DNA from: the human T2T-CHM13v2.0 reference genome, Homo sapiens
Length of the DNA: 64,000 nt
Direction: 5' to 3' (one strand)
Assembly: GCF_009914755.1 (NCBI RefSeq)
Contig: NC_060938.1
The position numbers were made by a program, and so were the translations under genes. The notes below the pieces were generated by a model, which did not search any database, had not been told where the DNA came from, and was given only the letters and a program-made list of their open reading frames with translations. Positions 54,341 through 64,000 of this stretch are shown piece by piece; within the stretch, counting starts at the first letter, position 1; the number at the start of each line of letters is the position of its first letter.

Positions 54341-57300
54341 CATCCTGGCAATTTGTGTATCTTCATTTACAAAGTGTCTGTCCAAACCTTTTGTCCAACT
54401 CTTTAATTGTTGCATATATTATATTATTGAGTTGTAAGAATTTCAAATATATTCTGGATATAACTCTGTATCAGATATATGTATTGCAAATATTTTCTCC
54501 CTGTCTGTAACTTGTCTTTTCGTTTTCTTAACAGGTCTTTTCAAATGTAGACATTGTTTATTTTGATCATGTCCATTTTTATCTATTTTTAGTTTTATGC
54601 TTGTGGGATTGTTGTGTTCTGTTAAGAAATATTTGTCTTCCTCAATGTAACAAAGTGTCTAGAAGTTTTACGGTTTTGGCTTTGTTTAGGGCTGTGGTCC
54701 ATCTTAAGTTAATTTTTCTGCATTGTGTGAGGTAGGGTTGAAGTTTATATCTTTATGGATGAATAGCTAATTATTCCAGCAACATTTGTTTAAAAGTCTT
54801 CCCTTTTCCCAATAATTTAGCTTGGCCCTTCTTTCAAAAGTCAATTGAAAAAATATATATCATATAAAGACTTATTATACTATATGTATTTTTCCAGACT
54901 CTTTATTCTGTTCCATTGAGCTGTTCTTACACTACCACACTACCTTAATTATTATAGCTTTATCATGAGTTTTAAAATTGAATACTGTAAGTTCCCCTCA
55001 CTTTTTTTAAATTGCTTTGGCTATTCTATGCCCACTGCATTTCTATATAAATTTTACAATCAGCTTGTCCATTTCTACAAAAAAGACAGATGTGATTTTA
55101 GTTGAGATTAAGTTGAATCTATGGATCACTGAGGGCTGAATAGACATTTAACAATATTGAGGCTTCAGATTCATGAACTTGGTATATCTCTTCGCTTATT
55201 TATGCCTTCTTTCATTTCCCTCAGCGATGTTTTGTAGTTTTTAGTGTACAGGTCTTGCACATATTTGTGAGATTTATCTCTAGGCATTTCATACCTTTTA
55301 TGCTATTGTAAGGGGTATTGTTTTTAAATATCTTTTTATTTGGAGGTAACGTTAAAATATCGAAAGAGTCACATCCACAGTACAGAGACTCCCTGTATAT
55401 TATTCACCCAGCTTGCCCTCGTGCTAACATTCTACATAATCACAATCTAATCATGAAAACTAAGAAATTAATATTGGTACAATACTATTAACTCAACTAC
55501 AGACTTTATCTGGATTCTACTAGTTTTCCACTCATGTTATTTTTCACTTCCAGGATCCCATCCAGGATCCTACATTGTATTTAGTTGGCATATCCCCTTA
55601 GTCTTCTACAATCTATGACAGTTCTTCAGTATTCCTCTCTTTCATGACTTGAAGATGCTTTCATGGCTTGATGGTCTGTCAGATATTTTGTAGAGTGTCT
55701 CTCAGTTGGGTTTGGTTTGATATTTTCTCACGACTATTCATGGTCATGCTTTATCAAGAATACTACTGGAGTTTTGTACCCTTCTAAGTGCATCAAACTA
55801 GGCAGTTACCTTATTTATTACTGGTGATGTGAGCCTTGGTAACTTGGTAAAGATAGTATCTGTCCTATTCCTTCACTGTACAGTTACTATTTTTCTTTTT
55901 GTAATTAGTAACTCTTGGGAAAGATACTTTGAGACTGTGCAAATGTCCTGTTTGTTAAACTTTTGCCCACTAATTTTAGTATTTGGTGTTTAACTTGCCT
56001 CCAGCAATTATTGCTGTGGAATTTCAATGATTTTTCTATTTTCCTCATTTCTTCTACATTTGTTAATAGGAATTCTTCTTTAATGAGGTGTTGTTCCTTT
56101 TCTCCCATTTATTTATTGATACTTATAATTTAATATTATATATTGCACATTATTTTTATAATGTAAAATATAAAAATTATATATTTATTATGTATATGTG
56201 TGTGTGTATATATGTAAAATAACCTGAGGAAAAGATTTTATTATTTTGGTTATAATCCAATATTATTACTATTTATTTTGTTGCTCAAATTGTTCCAGTT
56301 TTGGCCATTGGGAGCTCTTTCAAATTGGTTCCTGTGTCCTTTCAGTACCCATGATCCTTTTGGTTTTTGAGTATATGGTTTATCATATGGTATTATTTTT
56401 TATTTCAATCACCAACTGTTCTTTGTTAGTATATAGACATGCAATTTATTTATGCATATTTAAAATGAGTTTCTTACAGACAACAGGAAAGTGAACCTTG
56501 TTTTTTTATCCAGTGTCACAATCTCTGCCTTTTATTGGAGAGTTTAGACTTTTACGTTTAATACAATTAATCAGTATCATTGGATTTAAGTTTACCATCT
56601 AGCTATTTGTTTTTTATTTATCCTATCTGCTCTCTGTTCCTTTTTCTCTTTTTTCCTTGCTTCTTTAAGTTTAATTGAGTATGTTTTTAGGATTTTATTT
56701 CTTCACTAGTATCTAACAAACTATCTCTTTGTTCTAATTTTTAGTGTTTGCTCCATTATTTAAAATATACATATTTAATTTATCACAATCTACCTTCAAT
56801 TGATATTATATTATCACTTCATGTATGATGTCATATTCCTGCTACAGTATATTTCAATCTTACCCCACCCATCCTTCATGTTTTTGTTGTCATAGATATT
56901 ACTTTTTAATATATCGTAAGCCCAAAGTACATGGTTGACATTCTGTTTAAAACAGTCAATTGTCTTTTAAAGACATTAAAAAGTGAGAAAAAAGTCTTTT
57001 AATAGATATTTTTAAATGCATGTAGCACAATAATGTAAACAGTTCATGTAAAACACCAATTTATAATATTCTATATATATATATATATATATAGTTTCCT
57101 TCAGGTAATAGGTTGGAAGGGTTTAGAATAAAATGAACATGCATCACATCTGTTATTTTAAAATATTTAATCAAGTTTTTAAAATGTTTATGAACCACCA
57201 GAATGCCACTGCCACAAATATCATTACCAATAACCAGTCTTTTTTTTTTTTTTTTTTTTTTTTGTGAGACAGGATCTCACTCTGTCGCCCAGGCTGGAGT

Positions 57301-59000
57301 ACAGTGGCATGATCATGGCTCATTGCAGCCTTGACTTTCGCAGACTCAGATGATACTCCCACCTCAACCTCCTAAGTATCTGGGACTACAGGCAGGCACA
57401 CCACCATGCTCTGCTATTTTTTACTTTATTTTATTTTATGTATTTTTGTAGAGATGGGGTTTTGCCATGTTGCCCAGGCTAGTCTGGAACTTCCGGGTTC
57501 AAGCAATCTGCCCAGCTCAGCCTCCCAAAGCGTTAGGATAACAGGTGTGAACCACCACACTGCCTACAAATAACCATTCTTTAAGTGGGCTTTTATTTGT
57601 TTAAAAAACTTTTTTGTGTTTATCTACATAATTGCCATTCTCACAGTCTTCATTCCTTTTCAGAGAGCCGGGTTTCTATCTGGTATTGTTTTCTTTATGC
57701 TTGAAGAACGTTCTTTAACATTTCTGGTAGTACAAGTCTGATGACGTCTTAAAATGTTTATTTTGCCTTCATTTTTAAAAGATATTTTCGTAGGATACAG
57801 AGTTCTAGATTAACAGCTTCTTTCTTGCACTTCTTTTGAGATGTTACCCCATTGACTTCTGGCTTACATTGTTTCCAAAAAGAATACTGTTTTCATTTTC
57901 ACCATGTTCCTGTGTATGTTACACGTCTCATTTTTCTCTGGCTGCTTCTAGGATTTTCTCCTTAATGCCGGTTTCAGAAAACTGCTTATGATGTGGCTTG
58001 CTGTGGTTTTCTTTGTATTTATCCTTCTTGGTCTTCATTGCACTTCTTGGATTTATAGATTTATGGTTTTCTTCAAATTTGGAAATTTTTCATCCATTAT
58101 ATCTTAAAACATTTTTTGTCCTCTCCTTGCTTTCGAAGACTTCAATTTTTCCATACCTTAGATGACTTACTATTGCCCCATAGTCACTGCGAATCTGTTT
58201 ATTGTTTTCCAGTCTCTTTTCTCTGTGTGCTGTGTCTCAGATCACTTATAGAACTATGTCTTCAAGTTCACTAGTCTTTGAACCAGCTGTCAAGCTTATC
58301 CAGTGAAATTTGCATTTTAGACATAGCTCTACCAGTTCCACATAGTTTCTTTTTATATCTTCCATTTATTTTCTCACTATGGTTATCTTTTCATTTAAGT
58401 ACTTGAACATAGTTATAATAATTGTTTTTAACATTGTTGCCCGGCATTTCCGTTGTTCGTATCATCCTTTGGTCTGTTTCTATTGACGGCCTTATTCCCT
58501 GGCTGTGGTTCACATTTTCTGGCTTTTTGGCACATGGATTTTGATCAGATGCTGAATGTTGTGAATGTTTCATTGTTGAGTGTCTGTAATTTGCCATCCT
58601 CTTTTAAGGAGCTTTGGGGTTTGTCCTGCTTGGCAGTTTAGTTACTTCCAGTTCAGTTACACACTTTCTAGGCTCGTTTTTAGCTTTATAGGACAGGTCT
58701 AGAGGATCCTTTGTTCTAGAGATAGTTTGGGCCCACTGCTAAAGTGTGGCTCTTCTAAGGTGTCTACCGAATGCCCGGTGATCAGCAAGAAGGAATTCTG
58801 AACTGCAATTGCAATTGAGAACTTGAACGATCCCATCTCCACATGGACTTTATGAACGAACAGTTCAACGCAGCTCCAGTGAATTACTCTTTGACTGACC
58901 TGGTGAGTTTTACCTGACTCAGGCTTTTTTTTTTTTTTTTTTGGTATTCAGCAAAGATTAAAGAGGACCCCTTTGCTCCTATTCTGTAGCTCTTTTTTGC
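54341..59000 (-). mobile_element. Block of old antisense L1 fragments (L1M ORF2, L1MC/MD 3' UTR at ~55335-56360, L1ME-like)
   Basis: T-rich decayed L1 antisense motifs throughout. Confidence 0.75.
57240..57565 (-). mobile_element. AluJ
   Basis: J-type diverged dimer; TSD aataaccaKtctt. Confidence 0.9.
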
Positions 59001-59292
59001 AAAGATCTTTCCTTTTTGTAAGTATGACCCCCGGCTTTTGGTGACCCCCCTGGAGAAGCCTCAGTGCTCTGCTTAGCTTCCCACCCCCACCCCGAGTCCC
59101 ACACAGCAGCATGGAAACCTCCAAGCAGAAAGTCAGGCAAAGAAAGGGCTCCTTCCTATCTCCCGCTTATCTCCTCCTGGGAGCGCAGTTGTTTGTCTCT
59201 CTTGCCCAATGTAAAGAGGAAGGTCAGTGCAGCCCCTGTTGCTCCATCATCATGGTTGGGAGCAGACATCTGTCCCACCACATGGTTTTGAG

Positions 59293-59328
59293 CTGACAAT
59301 TGAAAAGAAACTGACAATTGAAAAGAAA
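59293..59328 (+). repeat. Perfect 18-bp tandem duplication
   Basis: ctgacaattgaaaagaaa x2. Confidence 0.95.
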
Positions 59329-59510
59329 CACTCTGGCTTCTGAACTGAGAACAGACAATAGGAGTGCAAGGGCAGAAGCAAGGAGACTTCCTAGGGGGCT
59401 ATCGCATCACAGCCATCCAGAAAATGAATGGTTGGGTTCAAAATGAATGGTAACATTTTGAATGTAAAGCTTACAGAAATCCCTGATAGATTGGATGTAA
59501 GGAAACAAGA

Positions 59511-59763
59511 CACTTTGGGAGGCCGAGGCGGGCAGATCACGAGGTCAGGAGATCGAGACCATCCTGGCTAACATGGTGAAACCCTATCTCCACTAAAAAC
59601 ACAAAAAATTAGCCAGGCGTGGTGGGGGACGCTTGTAGTCCAAGCTACTCAGGAGGCTGAGGCAGGAGAATGGCATGAACCCGGGAGGCGGAGCTTGCAG
59701 TGAGGCGAGATCGTACCACTGCACTCCAGCCTGGGTGACAGAGCGAGACTCCATAAAAAAAAA

Positions 59764-59767
<4 letters not shown>
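59511..59767 (+). mobile_element. AluY, 5'-truncated (starts at ~consensus nt 35)
   Basis: gatcgagaccatcctggctaaca; gaatggcatgaacccgggaggcggagcttgcag. Confidence 0.93.
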
Positions 59768-59855
<88 letters not shown>

Positions 59856-59941
59856 AAAGAAAGAAAGAAAGAAGGAAGGAAGGAAAGGAGAAAGGAAGGA
59901 AGGAAGGAAGGAAGGAAGGAGAAAAGAAAAGAAGAAGAAAG
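59755..59941 (+). repeat. 187-bp pure-purine compound STR A13-(GAAA)n-(GA)n-(GAAA)n-(GGAA)n
   Basis: No pyrimidine between 59755 and 59941; derived from the Alu tail. Confidence 0.97.
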
Positions 59942-60574
59942 TCAAGATGATACAAGGTTTGGGTCTGAGCAACTAGAATAATCTCGTTGCCATCCATTGA
60001 GATGCTGCAGTCTGTGGGTGGAACACGTCTGGGGCTATTGGGGAATTGTTTGGAGGCATGAGCTTAAATGTCTACGAGGCACACACACGTGGAAATGTCA
60101 AGCTGGGACTTTAAATATACAATTCCTGAGCTTGTGCAGAGTTTAGGGTTGGAGATATAAATTTGGGGTGAGTGTAGGATAAAGAGAAAGAACAAAATCT
60201 AACACTGAGAGGCTGGGGCATGGAGGACCAGGAGGGCTCAAAGGAGACAGAAGGAGCAGTCAAGGAGGAGTCAAGGAGGAGTCAAGGGCTGAGGACCAGG
60301 AGGGCTTTGAGTCCTGAAGCAGAACAGTGCATGTCAGAAAGGAGGATGGACTGCAGCAGCTTTGTAGGTCAAGAAGAACAGGGCATAGTAGACAACCGCT
60401 GGGTCTGACAGCGTGGTGGTCCCTGGTAGAATCATGTCGCTAAGAGCCTGACTTTGGGGTAAAGAAAAAGGAGGAAAAGGAATGGGAGACAGAGACTACA
60501 GACTTACTCCTTAATGAAGCTGTGCTCTACAAAGAGGAGAAAAATTGGGACGGTAGCTAGCATGGGAATATCCA

Positions 60575-60866
60575 ATGACTGATCCACGTGGATGCAAACG
60601 CCTGCCCCCTGGCCTCAATTCAGGACACCTTGGCATGGCCACCCCAAGTCCAGGGATCTCTGTGGGCTCCGCCAAGATTCTGGTTGCAGCTGTACCACTG
60701 TTGAACTCCTCCAGCTGCTCAATCCTGCTCCTCTCTCTCCCCAGCAAGTACACACAACTCCGAGTTGAACCCCACCCAAGACACTTCCCTTCCCCGCACC
60801 CCCAAATAAACCACTTCCATTGGAATCCTGTCTCAGAATCTGTTTCTGGGGAACCCAAACTTAGCC
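60575..60866 (+). mobile_element. LTR16-like ERVL LTR fragment
   Basis: ccaaataaaccac...tctcagaatctgtttctggggaaccca. Confidence 0.6.
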
Positions 60867-61548
60867 CAACAGCAGGTCTCAAGGCTGACAGGAATGTGGG
60901 AAATTGAGGGAAAGTGTGGGAACCAGAGGAAGATGGGCTGTGGGATGCCACTAAGCAGGTGGGGGGGCCTGGATCCAGCGCACAAGGCGAGGGCCTGCCT
61001 TAGGAAAGGGGCTTGTCACTTGCAGCACTTGGTGCAGGATTCAGGTAGGTGGCATCTGCAGAAGATCCCTTCTGAATAATTCTATTTTGTCAGTGAACCA
61101 GAAGCAAGGTTACTACTAAGCATGAAGACTGGGGAGAAGTGGGGTTTGGAGAAGAAAGGAGACTGGTTTGGGGGCGGGGGGTTGCAGGGAGGAAAGTGAA
61201 CAGACTAGACAGTGAGTCACAGGACAACTGCGGGAGGACATCCTCAAGGTGCCTAAGAAAACAATAGTCAATCTGGACATATACCTGGTGAAACTGTATT
61301 TCAAGGAGAAAGGTAAAATAAAGATATTTTTAGATAAACACAAAAGGAGAGACCGTCCCACCAACAACTCTCACAAAAGGACTTTTGAAATGGATGCATT
61401 TCAGGAAGAAAGAAAGTGATCCCAGACGGAAGATCTGGGCAGGAAAAAGGAGTGAGAATCTTACAGAAGGAGACAGGGAGTTGTGGATCCATCAGGCCTG
61501 AAATGTGATGGTCAGTTGGTCAGTTTTTGTGAGTCAACATATTGCTCT

Positions 61549-61700
61549 TTTTTCTCTCTCTTTTTTTTTTTTTTTTTTTTTGGATTGGTGAGGTCTGGCT
61601 ATGTTGCCCAGGCTGGTCCCGAACCCCTGAGTTCAAGCGATCCTCCCACCTCGGCCTCCCAAAGTGCTGGGATTACAGGCATGGGCCACCACGCCTGGCT
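61549..61700 (-). mobile_element. FLAM_C (free left Alu monomer)
   Basis: Single monomer plus poly-T; 15-bp TSD tcaacaYattgctct at 61534 and 61700. Confidence 0.88.
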
Positions 61701-63019
61701 CAACACATTGCTCTCTAATGTTATTGTTGCTTGCCCCAAGTTCCGTGGAGTCTTCTATCACTTGCAGCTGAGCACCCTGACGGATCTACGCAGCCACTTG
61801 AGAGCGCGCTTTGCCGCGTGCTTGGCGAGAAGGCGCCAATCAACCCTTTAATCCAATCATGCAATGATTAGGGCCTTCCAGGTGGAGGTGGAGCTGAGGT
61901 CCTTCCGGGAGAGAGAAAAAGCCTCACAGCAGGCTTACTCCTATAAGGTGACACAGACACAATCTCGTCACAGGATGAGGAGTAGGGAAATCTCCCAACT
62001 TAGGCACACAGCGTGTGATCTCGCCTTGCTTTTCTCCCTGGAGGTGCAGCATCATCACAGGTGTTGGATGGACAGCTGGCAACCAATGTAAATGCCTGTT
62101 TCCCCAGCTCTAATAAACGGGCTTAACAGCACATGCCCTCGTGCACCTTAGGAAGCCACATGTATTGCAGCTGGGCCACTGGGAAAAGGCACTTCTTTCT
62201 TTCAGAATAAGGGCCAACTAATGTATCATGAATGACCCAACAACCCTACCTCTTAAAACGCTGTCTGAGAGCCTGAGCAAACTGGACCTCGCCAGTGGCT
62301 GGTGAGAGCTCTGTGTTAATGGTGCTGGATTCCTGCGGGGGCCTGTGATTCCCCGCTCCGTAGAGAGTAGGACAGCACCCCGCCTCCTCCGGACATTGCT
62401 GCACAGTGGGTGAGCCACCTGCTGCCCTGAACAGGAAGGGAAGGAGGAGCCGTCGGAGCTTGGGGCTAAGGACTCTCAAGAAGACCCACCGGCCCAGGAT
62501 GCTGCAGCCACCCACGGCCATAAGGCAGGGGCGGGGCCCCCTCGCTGCTGGACCTCCTCCTCGGAGGATCTCGGTGGGCCTGGCCCCCACCCCAGCCTCC
62601 CTGGGAAGCTCCCAAGGTCGCCTGGGCATCCTCAGCAGCCTCAGTGCCCCACTCACAGTGGTTCCTCCGCATCTCCCAGGCTTTGGCCCCAGCGTGGAAC
62701 TCAAACCCTTTCCTTCCTTTCCTTGAGAAGCCCCTCAGAAGGCCCACGCTGCAGCACAGTCCGCACTGAAGGCAGCAGGAAGGGCTCCGCATCGCAGCCC
62801 TGAGGACTCCGCGGCCCCGACCTTCCCAGCCCCCACCCTACCCCTCCAGGACCCCATGCTAAGGGGATCACCCTCCCCTTCCCGAGTGGTTACCCAGAAA
62901 TTTTCCTCCCCACGAAGAGCAGGGCCAGGACTCACAAAATTTAAGACGGCGCTGGAAAAAAGTCTCAGTGATGAAGATGTCACATTTTAACCAATATTTT
63001 TAAAAATCAAAAGTAATGT

Positions 63020-64000
<981 letters not shown>

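Larger units (their letters stand above)
59315..60560 (-). mobile_element. L2 interrupted by an AluY
   Basis: gatagattggatgt | Alu | gtcaagatga...tctgagcaact; ggagatataaatttgggg. Confidence 0.7.

Overview
Primate (very likely human) non-coding genomic DNA. It contains 15 Alu elements plus a FLAM_C monomer, and many old L1, L2, MIR, MaLR/ERVL LTR and hAT/Tigger fossils. I find no credible protein-coding gene; the ORF track is explained by Alu, low-complexity and GC-rich artefacts. The centrepiece is a ~2.5-kb CpG island (~26.9-29.3 kb) with no linked coding exon. It carries a dense developmental TF grammar (TCF/LEF, CTAATTG inside an 18-bp near-palindrome, a perfect paired-class P3 site, HOX13/CDX-type sites) and two strong, oppositely oriented splice donors, suggesting an orphan CGI enhancer/promoter driving overlapping lncRNAs. 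The most unusual structure is a ~290-bp mosaic block at 38761-39052. It consists of inverted copies of two nearby segments (one spanning an LTR/flank junction) joined by a 19-bp stutter, which looks like an old replication template-switch scar and leaves two interleaved inverted-repeat pairs. Repeat family names come from my recall of consensus sequences, not from a RepeatMasker run. Boundaries of old repeats are approximate and the locus identity is not established.
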